Shown here: positions 1 through 13,375 of the stretch, in pieces
Layout of the letters: each line of letters starts with the position of its first letter
Position numbering within the stretch: the first letter of the stretch is position 1
Assembly (NCBI GenBank): GCA_051362555.1
Contig: CM120641.1
Location: 36,028,401 to 36,092,400 of the forward strand
DNA from: Lingula anatina
Taxonomy: Eukaryota; Animalia; Brachiopoda
Reading direction: 5' to 3'
DNA: 64,000 nucleotides
Notes under the pieces: generated by a model
Seen by the model: only the letters and a program-made list of their open reading frames with translations
The model's database searches: none
What the model was told of the DNA's origin: nothing
Program-made: the position numbers and the translations under genes

Positions 1-488
1 TATGACACCTGAGGACACCATGTAATTTAAGGTTATCTATTTATCTTTTTTAGACAGAGCTTAGTTCCTGCATCGAATGGTCTACTGCATTTATGGCAGC
101 CAAACTATGATAAATAGGATGACAATGACAAATCACTTTCACAGTTTCAAAACCCTTGTCCCCTGGATGAAAAAGCATTTTGGCAGCTATATTCATGGGA
201 ACAAACACTGGTTCACATAATCACATATAATAAGTGTATTGAAATAAAAAAGAAACCGGAGATATGCCGCCAGACATTCGTTTTCAGATGATACCTGGTG
301 ATAGGATTGCTAAGTAAACAAATTAAGATCGAAGAATTGTTATTATAATTCTTTTCAAAACTTCTTTATCTACCCACTTGTTACAGTCACCATAACATTA
401 TGTTGTCACAAAAAAATTTGGTAAAATGCAATATCAAAACAGCTATCCCCATTTGTTCTTGATGATGCAATGATAATTTATAACCTAC

Positions 489-3137
489 CTGAAAGTAGCA
501 TGGATCCCTGTCTAAACTGAGTTTGTACTGTTCACATAAAACAGTGAAAAAAGCCAATTTTCCACTGAAATTTTAAAGGAAAAAAATTTTAAGAAAGATC
601 CATGTAATTTAATCTCATAAATCAAAACATTTAGCTGAATAACGAAAAAATCAGTTTATCAATAGTTACACAATCTTTCTTTACATTGGTTTAGTAAATA
701 TGGTAATAAATAAAAATTAAAATTTCACCTGATATGTTATCCTTAATCTTAAACTTTTACACTTACCCTTCTATGGCCAAAAGTAAAAACCAAAGAAAGT
801 TAAGCAATGGTAATAAATATGGTGGCCCTTTTTTAACTTCTGGATGCTGCCTTGCATATGCATAGAATGTCACTGTAGCCGTGGCTTTATTCTTGAGACA
901 AAGATATCTGGTTGAAAAAAAAAAAAAAGAAAGAAAGAAACCTAAGATTGCAAACAATCAGACTAAGAGTTATATGCTTTGATAAATATAAATGGGAATA
1001 ATCTGAGATACTCCAAAGTCTGGCCACTCAATGTAAAATCAACAAAGTTTTTCAGAATTTGGAGGGGAATGGGGTTAGAATATAATGGCAAATTAGCAAG
1101 TGCAGTGCAGCTAAAAAAAAATGAGAATTTATCCACAGATATTTTTATAGTTGTTTTCATTTAAGTTCTGCCAAATTAGTCCATTCACAACAGTACAAAT
1201 TAACCTTGTTACTTGTGTGACTACTGTACTGCTTTCTAAGACAACACATATGCACATAGAATTTTACCCATATCACAAAAAAGTTAACCCCTCCTCAGGT
1301 GGGTAATCTGGGGCGGATCCAGAGATATTTTCTGACAGTCTTCCAAATTATCTTTGTTACCATCCTCCATTTTTGACCGTCTTCCGACAGAAAAAAATAG
1401 ATACCCGTCAATGCAAACTTGAAAATCTGACCGTCTTCCAGAAGACCCAGAAGATGGCCTAAATCCGCCCCTGGTAATTGCACAATTTCTTATGTCACAG
1501 AGTCCAAAATTCTCATCTAAGGCTATCCTGAATGATCCCCATTGTAGCATTAATTCACACAGCTGTCTTATGACTACCTTCAACAGGCTTTGTTATGCAA
1601 CACTGCCAAGTGGCACTACAGTTGCCTGTGTAACTCCTTGGGGTTCAGTTGATACCTTCTAACCTTGAACTTTTACTTAACCCTAATAATTTCCCAATGT
1701 TTTTTTTTTTTAATTATTAACTGAAGGAAACAACAGTTCAGTTTAAACTTGAACTTCCAAAAACCTGTACATGTACTTTTGTCCTGGGTGATTAAACATT
1801 TAAGATGCATATGAAGTGAGAGTATAATACACCATGTAACATATAAGAGTTTTTTGACTAGTTCTATTTTCTTACACGGCACAAATAAAATACAAATGCA
1901 AAAAAAAAATAATCTCTCATATGCAGAAATGAGGCTTTAACCCAGACCTTCTTCAAAATTCTGGTCATAAATGTGACATACTTTTTTTTCTCTAGTACTG
2001 GTATGTAAGGCACAGAAAGTAAGCAGAAAATATCTGTACAAATATCATGTTTTCAGGAAATAATGCATGGAACGGTGATATTTCTTTAATTTATACTATA
2101 TATGAGACACTATGGTGGCAATTAGTTGGCTTTGTTTGCAATGATTTGATATTAGTACTCTTAATATGCATCTTTAAAAATTAAACAATCATATAATAAT
2201 AAACTTATTTAGAGCAACACTGGGTTTTTCAAGGAGCATAAATTTCTTGAAATTGATTTAACTTAAACTTACTGTAACACTGCTTGAGCTATAAACATAT
2301 CCACTTCAGATGGGTAGCCATGAGTAATGTGATACTCTACCAACATTGCAGCACAGCCTTCTCCATCATTAGAATGCACAAAATGATACCTTGCTTCTGG
2401 GTAATTTTTTTCTGAATACAGATGAATTGCAAAATACAGTAAAGTGCATAATTATATAAATTTTCAAATAACAGTGATACAACAAGTGTTAACATATCAT
2501 GTACTTTCTATGATGAGCAGTAAACACATTTCAGTTAGGCAGTTATATCTGACCACAGAGGAATTTAAATGTTCTTGAGAAAAAAAATGAAAATCTTTAA
2601 ACTGAAAATGGCTATTTCTTCAACATCATTTAAAAGCTCATATAAAAGAGATGTTTAATTAATGTTATCAATAAAATGTAATCCACAAACAACTGAAGAT
2701 ATTACACATACCTTGCCATAATGTGACTGCAAACTGTTTATGTAAAGCCGGATGTCCAGAATTTGATTCACAATTACTTCCTTTGGACCACTTCAATGCT
2801 TTGACAACAAATGTTGGTCTATCAGGTGACTCTGGATCAATCATTTTGTGCAGAATTCCAATTTTTTCTGTAAAAAGAAAAAAATTCTGATTAAAAAACA
2901 AAATGTAAAGTATCCTAAATAATTGGATAATGAAAACTGTTGTAAAAAACCTGGTTAGGCAAAGAAAAACTTTAAGTACATATATATACTTATATATACT
3001 AGTATATATATATATATACACCTTTGCATGACTAGTCTATAATTATTTATAACAACTTTGGATCTAGTTAAGGACTTGATAAGTTCTTTTATCTAATCCG
3101 TTACTGTATAACAAAAAAAAACAAAAAAAACAAAAAA

Positions 3138-3196
<59 letters not shown>

Positions 3197-4583
3197 AGTA
3201 AATATATATATATAAAATAACGCAAATGAATTCTATCATCTTTTAATGACTTGTAGTACTTACCAAAAGTGTCATCATTTCTTTCTGTATCTGATGCATT
3301 TAATGTTTCTAATAACAAGAGAGAAAGGTCTGACCCACTTGTTATCTGTAATTAAAAGTGTCTTGGTATATAGTTATTACCATTTTATTCAATCCATTAA
3401 ACAATGGCTAAAAAGTGGAGGTTCATTGTGAGCTGTTGAAATGTCAGTCTTTATTGTCTATTTATGAAAAAACAACATTAAGACTAAGGACAATCTCTAC
3501 TGAGAAGAACACTGTTCATTTTAAAAATGTCACCATTTTTGTTACCTGATTATGCTCCAAAAGTAACTTAGCTCCTGAGTAAAGTAAATCTATGGCTTCT
3601 GCATATTTTTTCTGTGCATTATACCTGTAAATAGAAGCAAAAATATGTGAATAAAAATATTCTTCCCTGTCATTGCATTTCACTGATATAATGGTCTGGG
3701 GTCTTTTATATTCACTGTACTTACTAAATGTAAAGATCCCAGACTGGTTCAGGCAGCACTAGTTGTTAGTTTTAACTAACAACTAGTGCTGCCTGAACTA
3801 GTTGTTAGTTTTAACTAGCTGCCATAAAAAAGCCCCCTCCCCTAAGTTCATCTTGTTTTTTCATTGCCTACTGCTTCTCAACTACTGAGAATGACCTGTG
3901 ATGACACATTGATGTCCACTTTGGGACATGTTGGCATTTAATAACATGACTGACACCAGTGGGCACTATCACATGGGCAATGTTGTGCAAATCTGGGCAA
4001 GGTTAAAAAGAAGAAAATTTTCAATCTTAAAAAATGGCAATCATGGTGTCACTAAAACATGAATACTTTTTACTTGAGATAGCTAAAAATATAAAACGGC
4101 CCATTAATACTCAGATATCTGACTATTTGTGCAATGTGTTTACCAAATTTCAAGTCTAGCATTATAAGACAAAACTGTGTGTTAAGTTGTGAACAGACGG
4201 AGGGATCGTCAGAAGAATCTCTCACCCATTCTCTTAAAACACACTGAGGGTGATAATAACTAATCTATTAATTTAAACATCCTTTTTTCATTGATTGGTG
4301 GGACCAAGGTTGAGTTGATTCCCCATCCATTTATGGTCTTTTACTTCTGCGCTTTCACTTATAAGTTAAACACTGTAAGATATTAATGTGACGTGTACTT
4401 TCACATCCTTTGAATAAGAAATAACCCTTTGTTAGATGTCTACGATGCAAAAAAATAAGGAACAGCTATCCTGTACCTAAAATAAAGCGTCCTGTACATT
4501 TGATGTGCCTCATAATACTTCCCACTGTCCACCGAATCTTTCAGTTTTTTTAATATTCTTTCCACACCTCGACAGTTCGCCAT
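489..4583 (-). CDS. GET4: Golgi-to-ER traffic protein 4 (TRC35); exons 1-7, 3' end runs off the left edge of the window
   Basis: Exons 4477-4583, 3546-3624, 3264-3345, 2712-2867, 2273-2411, 767-907, 489-564 have GT-AG ends and a continuous frame: [86 protein letters not shown]. These are diagnostic GET4 motifs. Confidence 0.95.
1308..1473. mobile_element. Short MITE with C(A/T)GGGGCGGAT termini and 5-bp TSD (hAT5-like), in GET4 intron 5
   Basis: Left end CTGGGGCGGAT, right end ATCCGCCCCTG. GTAAT is directly repeated at 1303-1307 and 1474-1478. Internal TGACCGTCTTCC motifs. Confidence 0.8.
3141..3191. repeat. (TA)n microsatellite
   Basis: Direct reading. It produces the YIYIYI pseudo-ORFs in the ORF track. 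Confidence 0.95.
3747..3817. repeat. Perfect 25-bp-arm palindrome plus third partial copy (inverted triplication) in GET4 intron 1
   Basis: GTTCAGGCAGCACTAGTTGTTAGTT (3747-3771), then TT, then the exact reverse complement (3774-3798), then TAGTTGTTAGTTTTAACTA repeats 3760-3778. Confidence 0.9.
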
Positions 4584-4960
4584 TGTTATTGATTTCCGGT
4601 TCCGGTTCGGCTGCAAACCGTGTAAAATAATATTCTCTGCACACAAGATGCTATACAATGTAGTTAATAGTTGTTGCTATACCCAATGTCATTACAAAGA
4701 AACACTTTTATTATTACTAATGGACCCACATGAAAGAAAATGATTATAATTTACGAAGAGCGGTGTTAAAACGTTGAGAAAGAAGACCCCAAGTTACCGA
4801 TGTCTTCGGGGGAAGAGTTCTTTTTCTTGCAGCCTCGTTTTGATACGGTGCTTGTGCTTTGTCTTTGAACCATCCATTTTGCTGTTAGCAGGAGTCAATG
4901 AACTGTGCCCAAGGGGGTAATTGCAGAAGCTCGTTGGAACGATCAAGTGAAGTTTGAAAG
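4584..4960. promoter_or_regulatory. Bidirectional promoter GET4/CDK2AP1 with a probable non-coding first exon on + ending at donor AAAG|GTAAGA (4960)
   Basis: Head-to-head gene starts, locally retained CpGs, TTCCGG ETS-like motifs near 4593-4604, and a strong donor at 4960/4961 that can pair with the acceptor at 5460. Confidence 0.65.
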
Positions 4961-5464
4961 GTAAGAGAAGTTTAGTAAATGAAGATATTGACCCTTTAAC
5001 CCCACAACCTCTGGAGTTTTTAATTGTAATATTTGCTGTTGGAAAACCTGTTATCCCCCCTCATTTCCGCTTACCTCCAGCACTCATCAACTAAACAGTC
5101 ACACGCACAATCATCTGGAAACCTGGAAGTTTTGGACAGGGCGGCAGAAAGGCTACGGTGTTAATGTGTTAAATTTGTCAGATAAACAGTCATCCGCGTT
5201 TTGAATATAAAGATTGATTGGAAAATTATAATTAATAGGCATTAGTTATATTAATATAAAATTGGTGATATAAAATTAGAGTCGTAGAGCATTGTGGTAG
5301 TGTATAGCCAGATTGTCAAGCTTTTCATACCTTTGGCTGAGGGTGTTTCTGACGTCTGTCTGAATGTCATTTTAAAATGAGCATTGTAATTTTCTTGGCA
5401 GAATAAACATTATTTATAGAAAAGAAAGGTGTTCACCTTGTTTCTTTGTCACAATTTCAGCAAG

Positions 5465-5893
5465 ATGGATGATGACATAATAATTGAATCCAGCAGTTCT
5501 CCAGCTACTCCAATGGTAAGCAACCCTGGGACACCTAGATCTGTTACTGAGGAAGTAAGAGCCACACCCCCACCTCCTCAACAACAGCAGCAGCAGCAAC
5601 AACAACAGTCACAGGCACAAGTGCAACAACCGCAGCAGCAACAACATCATCATCACCATCAACAACATCATCAGAAGTCCTCATCTGGACATCACCATCA
5701 TCATCACCACCATCAGCCACCAAGGAGTAAATATGCCCAGCTGTTGGCAGTTATTGAAGATATGGGCAAAGATATAAGACCGACTTACTCTGGAAGCAAA
5801 TCTTCTGCTGAAAGATTAAAACGTGGGATTGTTCATGCACGCATTTTGGTTCGAGAGTGTTTGATGGAGTGTGAAAGAAGTGCTAGAACTTAG
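5465..5893 (+). CDS. CDK2AP1: CDK2-associated protein 1/2 (DOC-1 family), single coding exon, 142 aa, with polyQ/polyH insert
   Basis: The C-terminus [55 protein letters not shown] matches the CDK2AP domain. The ATG at 5465 lies 5 nt after the acceptor TTTCAG (5460). Confidence 0.93.
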   Translation: MDDDIIIESSSSPATPMVSNPGTPRSVTEEVRATPPPPQQQQQQQQQQSQAQVQQPQQQQHHHHHQQHHQKSSSGHHHHHHHHQPPRSKYAQLLAVIEDMGKDIRPTYSGSKSSAERLKRGIVHARILVRECLMECERSART

Positions 5894-7209
5894 TTCACAT
5901 GGATCTTTGTAAGGATGTATTCCAATACCCTCGGAACTTTGCAGACTTGTTTTGAGGTTGCTGGTGCAACATAGAGTATTAATTATTATACAGAACTCTT
6001 GTCAGAAATAGAGTAATTATGTGAAGATAATTCAGAATAAAAATTGGAATTTGTTTGTTTAATTTGTTATGTATATGTGAGCTTGATAAAAAACAATGGC
6101 AATGTAGGAATAAATGTGATCAGAGCTGGTTGACCACCATATTGGAAGTGAACGTGTAGGTTTGTGCTTCATTTTGTCTTATTTAATCATGATAGGATAT
6201 ATTTGTCCCAAATTATATGGTTGATTTAAATGGAAAATTAAAATGGAAAAGGTGCAAGTTTTATGGCCAGCATTTTAGATAGATAATTTCTTTAAAATAT
6301 ATTCAGAATATAGCTACCTAACATGTTTTACATTCAGTGGCTTTTACCTGTCGATCTACAAAGACTGCAAATTGAATATTGAAATATGGATGCTGAGGAA
6401 TTATGAAAAAATTTAATGGTTAGTTAAGTTTTAAATGTGAAATGATAATGTGTAGCAAAATTTATTAAGTTTAAGAGCAAGAGAGCATATCCTTAATATA
6501 GTAATGTTATTATTGTAGACAAATGTGTTACTATGTTTTCAAATACAAAATGACAAAACTTGTATAACATTATTCCATTAAATAAAAAGTATGCGTCAAA
6601 GATATAGTCTTCTTCTGATTCTTTATTTTCCACATTCCACAATATCTGTAACATATTCGTGATTAATTATCTGTGGGAATGTGATGTTATGTCTTAACAG
6701 ATGCCTGCTGACAGTATGGATTAGGTGGCATTTCATACTGATTTCTTCCAGATTGGCACATCAATGTGAATTTGCAGAAGTAATGCTAATTATTTAAAAT
6801 TGTCTGATCACATTGTACAGCTTCTCTTTTTTCGACAAACACCTGCTAACATAGACAAGGGGTGTGTTGTGATATGTCCTGGAAAAAACTGAGAATTGGT
6901 CTTGTGGATAGCGTACTAACTTGGAATGTATTTCTCTTAATTTTGTGAACCAAAGCTTACAGTGATACAGAGTGGAAACAAAATTTTTGTCAGGTCAATC
7001 TGTAAGTTTACACAACCTTCAGAGCAGTAAGACTGAACTCTTACAAAAGAGTAAACAGACTTCTCATAGCATGTTCATAAAACAAATTTTCATCTCATTT
7101 TTCACTCTTTACTGTGAGAAAACTACTTTGTAAAAATCTTGAATTTTGATATAATGCATTACAGCTATTAGCAACACAATGACAAGTTGTACTGAGTGAA
7201 AGGTAAATA

Positions 7210-10046
7210 ATGGCAGAAGAATGGAGCACAACCCCAGAGATCATACCTCTCCACACTGTGGATACAGAATACAGTGCCGACTCTGTTGAATGGTGCCCCA
7301 TACAAGACTGTGAGCATATATTAGTGTGTGGAACTTACCAACTGGTAGATACTGAAAGCAATGACAAAGAATTACCACCATGTGCTGAAAGTGACTCTGT
7401 AAGTAAATGTGTCTTGACAACAGCTAGTGCAAGACTAAAACAAACTTTCTGCTGTGTTAAATTGTCTGCAAGATTTTTTCTTTTAATTTTTTTTTTTATT
7501 TTCTACATGGAAAAGATTTTCAAAGTCCTGAACGCATGAATTGAAATATGTATTTCATAATAATAATTTTATTGCAGTGGAGTTGCTCTTTTAAAATTTC
7601 ATAATGTCTCACTTTGCTGAAAATGTTTTACCTCTCTTGCCTAAAAACTTAAAATGTAATTTGTTTTATTTTCTGTAAGGATGCCCCTGCAAGAAGTGTG
7701 ACTGAAATACCACGTCTTGGAAAACTTCTGCAGTACAATGTTTTATATCAAGATGGAGACACGGAATTAAAAGAAGTCAAAAACACCGAAGTGGCTGCCA
7801 TACTAGATATGAAATGGAATCAGTTTAAAGTGCAAGAAAATATCATATTTGGGGTAGTCAATGCATCGGGAGAAGTGTGTTTACAAAATTTAGTAGAAGG
7901 AATATTACAACCTCTTGACAGAGTGAAGATAGGAGAAGAAAGATTGGCACTCTCTCTTGATTGGTCCAGTGGAACTTTTCCAAGGTATGTCAGTCGGGTA
8001 TATATAGTTCTCAAATAAAGATTTAAATCCAGATCAAATTAATTTTCATGAAAAAAGTGGTACGCATGTCATGGAGTGGTGTATATATAAGTTGGTAGAG
8101 AAACCTGCTAGATCAAGAGAATGTCCAAAAACACATGATAAATGTATTCTGATTTTATCATTATGAACATACTAGTATGGAATTGCATATTGTAATTTTA
8201 TTTTTCTTACATTATAGCAATGATCCCAGTCTTGTGGTCAGTGATTCAGCTGGAGCGATAACCCTGTTACAGCTGTCTAATGAAAAGCTGGAGAGCATGT
8301 TACACTGGAAGGCCCATGACTTTGAAGCCTGGATATGTGCTTTTGATTATTGGAATAGCAATATAGTTTATACAGGTATGACAAATCCTGGAGCCAAGTG
8401 TGAAAAATGGTGACAGAATGTTACACAATACTATTACATTGATACTAAAAGAAGAGAAATTGCCACTGTCTGTTTAGAGAACTTCTCACTGAATATGTTG
8501 CTTAATGATGTTCCAAGAGATTTAAGTGTGCATATTTTGTATTTTGCAAAAAGGTGGTGACGACTGTAGATTGAAGTCTTGGGACCCTAGAACCAACTGC
8601 TCCCAGCCTGTCCTTACCAGCAAAAGGTATTCCAATTCTTACTGACTGGAATTTTGGTACTTTAATACAAGATGAATTACCATTTAACTAATGACCACAA
8701 CAAAACATTGATGAAACAGCTTTTGAAAAGAAATACATTCCTTTTAGTAAGGAGTAAGGTTATTTGAAGATGAGAATCTTTATATATTTTCCCCCTTCTT
8801 TCTATTTGTATCAGTTATGTTACATATTCATACTGCTAAATTTTGCTGTCATTCAGGCATTCCATGGGTGTGTGTAGTATCCAGAGTAATGCTAAGAGAG
8901 AACACTACCTAGCCACTGGCAGGTAAGATGTGTGTTGACTTCTAAGTTCTATACCACCACAATATGCTTTTATTAATTTTCTGACAATATTAAGATAGCT
9001 GAGTGACACCCATCTAGATCTGCATATATTTTGGCTAGGTGATAGCATTTTTCTCAAATTCCCTAAACAGCACTCCAAGTAATAGTTTATTTGGAAATAG
9101 CCTCTGTTGTCAGCTCCATCAGTTAGTTCCTTTTGAAATGCTGATGGAGAGAGATCCTAACAAGTTTATTGTCTATCAAGCATAGTAGAAAAAAAACTAT
9201 TATTCTTTTAACCTCTGGGTATTCAGTTGGTGAAATAATCTTGAAGTGGTCCAAATGCTGAACAGGCAAATAGATTACAATCATTTTATGCAAACCCATT
9301 AGTATTTCTGAAGTAGAAGATGCAGTTGCCCTCAGTAAACTTACAAATGCTTCTTCACATTTTGTGTTTCAGCTATGATGAACACATCTTGCTGTGGGAC
9401 ACCAGGCTTATGAGGAGTCCACTGCAGGATGTTCACATTGGTGGTGGTGTGTGGAGACTCAAATGGGAACCTAGTGAAGGGGAACTACTGCTGGCTGCAT
9501 GTATGCACAATGGGTTTCACATTCTCAATTGCAAAGGTTGGTTATTTTGAAGAGTTTGGCCTATTACTCAAGCTTGTTTTAGTTTATCAAAATTAGTTTA
9601 AATCAGACTTGTTTAAATGTTTAATATTTGGTTAAATTGTGCTCTCTATTCATGTTAAAAACTATTGTTTCTTTTAACAAGAGACTTCTGAAAATATGAC
9701 CAGAATTTAGAATAAAAAAGATTGTTCTCCTATAAATTAATTTCAAGTTTATTTTGAAATTTCAGATCTGAGTGCACCACAGTTAGTGGCATCTTACATG
9801 GAACACAGTTCTTTGGCATATGGGGCAGATTGGTGTAGGAGTCAATGGGATATAGTCCAAAATAGCAATACTGGGTTGGAATCTAAAGAATCCCAGGAAC
9901 TCACAGAAACTCTTGGAAATGTATCTGTAGGGCAAGGAGCAGCACCAAATGCTGATATGAATAAGAACATTTCTTACACACTTGCTACTTGTTCATTTTA
10001 TGATCACAGTATGCATGTATGGAACTGGAAAAACAAACTGGTCTAG
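7210..10046 (+). CDS. DPH7: Diphthine methyltransferase/methylesterase (WDR85), complete 7-exon copy
   Basis: Exons 7210-7398, 7680-7984, 8218-8375, 8554-8626, 8857-8922, 9373-9536, 9766-10046. Motifs [88 protein letters not shown]. Confidence 0.95.
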
Positions 10047-10738
10047 TATGGGATTCATGCAGCTATATTATTTACACCAATGCACAGTTATGTATGAATA
10101 GTGAAACATCTAAAAATGTGCTGTAAAACAAACAAATGCACAAGGATTCAAATTAACACACTAAATTCCCAGTATGTGACGAAGACAGTGCACAAATTAA
10201 TTTGGGACAAAGAAAGATGTGTGTAATTGGATGAAGAACAAGCGTTTACTTGTGAGCAATCCTTGGTAGACTTTTTGGGAATAATGTATGTTTTGATTTT
10301 GAACTGACTTTTAGAAACTGATTATACTTGTGGTATGGGACTCTTAAACTTTCGACCATTATACTTCCACATATTGAAAAAAGCTAGTTATATTTAGATA
10401 CTGTATTTAGCCCTAAGGATCATTCTCGTAAGTTAGAAGATAGTAAGTAACAGGGTTTCCTTTCACACAGCTTACAGTGGGGGTGAACAAAATAGTTAAT
10501 TTTTTTTTTGTCAATTTTGACCAGGTCCATGGAAGTTCAAAGCCACATCTTGAAAATGCCAATATATGAAAAAAAAAATGCACAACTTAAAGAAAAATTA
10601 TCCAATCAAGCTGATTTGCGACATTGTATTTTTGACATTGATCACTCCTGCAAGGTTTCAGACAATAGGTCAATTGAATTTCCAATTTATATTATATGTA
10701 CCTCTAGCTAGTAGTATTGCATTTATGGTGAAAGAGCC

Positions 10739-10769
<31 letters not shown>

Positions 10770-10828
10770 AAAATGGCCGTTTGAATTCATTTTTGGGACT
10801 CTACCTGTATTTTACTAATATTCATCAG

Positions 10829-12815
10829 TTTTTATGTACAGACACAGATGTGTCTGTACATATAGCCATCATCTGCGTCTGTCGTCGCCATCGTCGCCGT
10901 CGTCGCCGTGCACTTTTACCGATAACACGATAAGTGGAAAACCATTTTACTTTTTGACTTGAAACTTGCAGAACTGATGAATATTCATAATACGCAGGTC
11001 AAGTTCGAAAATCAGCATGATCGGGTCACTTTTAGGGAATTTATGCTGTTTTTTCACTTTTTTCAGCATATATGCAGCACCGATAACACGATAAGTGGAA
11101 AACCATTTTACCTTTTGACTTGAAACTTACAGAACTGATGAATATTCATAATACGCAGGTCAAGTTCGAAAATCAGCATGATCGGGTCACTTTTAGGGAA
11201 TTTATGCTGTTTTTTCACTTTTTTCAGCATATATGCAGCACCGATAACACGATAAGTGGAAAACCATTTTACCTTTTGACTTGAAACTTACAGAACTGAT
11301 GAATATTCATAATACGCAGGTCAAGTTTGAAAATCAGCATGATTGGGCCATTTTTAGGGAATTTATGCTGTTTTTTCACTATTTTCAATATAAATACAAC
11401 ACTGATAACACAATATAAGAAAAACGGATTGGCCAATTGTAATTATACTCACAGGAGTGGTCAATCTTACTAAAACGCAGGTTGAGTTCGAAAATCAGCA
11501 TAATCGGGCCATTATTTTAGAAGTTATACTGTTTTTCACTTTTCCTCAGATTCAATTATTAGGCATGTTAACAGTCTCATTTTTAAATTATAAGATGCCT
11601 AAAAGTGTTTGTTTGATATTTCCTGCATCTTTACAACATTGTTAGTTGATTATGTAAAAAACATGGTAAACTTGTTATCATGTATTGTGTAATAAAGTGT
11701 CAAAAATGGAAATAAACTCATATCATTGCAGTTTGTCAGATTCAATCATCCACTATGTTCAGAATCTCAGAATGGAGGAAATTGGACATTTAACACTGTT
11801 CTATTGATACTTTTCCCATCTCATCAATTTTCTTAGTTGGTCATATAAAATGGCAGTAAAATGTTTATTTTGTTTTATGTTAAAAAAGTGTTAAAAATGG
11901 AAATAAACCCATTTCAGAACAGTGCTGTCTTGTTTACATTTTGGCATTTTCAAGGCGTAACTTTGAAGTTCCATGGGCCTGAAGACCTTTGCTAGTCACA
12001 TTTTCTGAATATCTGTGAAACAAATATTTTATAATTAAAAATTGATGGTCATTAAGCTGTTAAACATTATGTAATATTGCTTCAAAATTTGAAGAAACCC
12101 CTATTTTGGGCACTGCTTCCATGATGACCATTTAAGGAAAATCATGTCACTTACTGTTCTCAGACTTACAGGAAAGAAACATGGGACTAAAATACAGCTT
12201 CAGTAGGCAATGCAGTCTGTTTGGTATTTTTATTTATTTATTTATTATTTTTTTTTTTGGCAGTTAAACAGTTTTTTGTGAAAATTTAATTTTTCACATA
12301 TTGGCATTTTCAAGGTGTGACTTTAAAGTTCCATGATCTTGAAGACTTTTGCTTGTCACATTTTCTGAATGTCCATGTTACTAATATTTTATTAATAACA
12401 TTTGATTGTCATTATGCTGTTAAACATTATGTAATGTTGCATCAAAATTTGAAGAAACCCCTATTTTGGGCACTGCTCCTATGATGACCATTTAAGGGAA
12501 ATCATGTCACTTACTGTTCTCAAACTTACAGGAAAGAAACATGGGTCTAACATACAGCTTCAATAGGCAACGCAGTCTTTTTGGTAATTTTTTCTGGCAA
12601 TTTAACAGTTTTTTGTGAAAATTTAATTTTTCACTTATTTGCATCTTTATTTTCTGTTCTTTGTCTGTACATTTGACAGCTTTGCTGCCTTGTTTATAAA
12701 ATTGAAGCAAAAGGTCAAAAATGCTTTTCTACTTATAATTTTATTTCATTAAGTGCACAGTATGTCTGTGCATAAAAATTATATTGGCATATAACTTCAT
12801 AATGCGTACTACAGA
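10829..12815 (+). mobile_element. Helentron-associated-like (HINE/pearl-type) non-autonomous element with internal tandem cores; present in copy A only
   Basis: Starts in a T-run: TTTTTATGTACAGACAC, then hairpin ACAGACACAGATGTGTCTGT, then a (GTC/GCC)-rich microsatellite and 161-bp cores. An inverted subterminal copy ATGTCTGTGCATAAAAA lies at 12762-12778, with an ~360-bp internal duplication (11941 vs 12301). Most of it is absent at the equivalent copy B site (~23830). The 3' end is approximate. Confidence 0.7.
10919..11550. repeat. 161-bp tandem array, about 3.9 units (three near-identical, fourth diverged)
   Basis: The unit start CCGATAACACGATAAGTGGAAAACC recurs at 10919, 11080, 11241 and, diverged, at 11402. 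Confidence 0.92.
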
Positions 12816-13375
12816 ACTGTAATATTTATGATGTTGAAATATGTTAAATTTAAACAAAGGCACAAAGTCATGTCAGAAGTAGCAATTATAATATACAATA
12901 TAAATTTATAATTAAGGAATACATGATCAAAGTTTTTGTTGTTTCTTTAAAAGTTGCACTTAAAATTTTATTTTTAAAGGCAGTCAGTCAGTGAAAACCA
13001 TTATTAATATAAAAAACTAAAATGTTTCAACTTAAAATTCTAAAATTTATTATTCAAGGATCAGAAAAATACTTTGACTAAAAAGGAAGGAAAATCATTC
13101 ACTTTTTTGAGATTATTTATCTAATTAAAAAAAAAAATTCAATTACAGTACTACAAATAATTATTTTTCAATGGTTAACATTTTAAAATTCTTGATTTCT
13201 AAACAGTCAGTTAATACTTTTTTCTGCATGCACTTCAGCCACATTGGAAATACTCGAAATAAGATATCCATTCAGCCATTATCAGATACAATTTTATCTA
13301 AAATGACCTACTTAGTCCTTTAACTGGCAGATAACCACAAACAATAGGAAACATTTGTAAAAATCACTGGCACTA

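Noticed and set aside
2508-2580. C-box-like ATGATGA followed by CTGA, a possible C/D snoRNA
   Set aside because: It lies on the strand opposite the host GET4 intron, with no terminal stem or recognisable guide.
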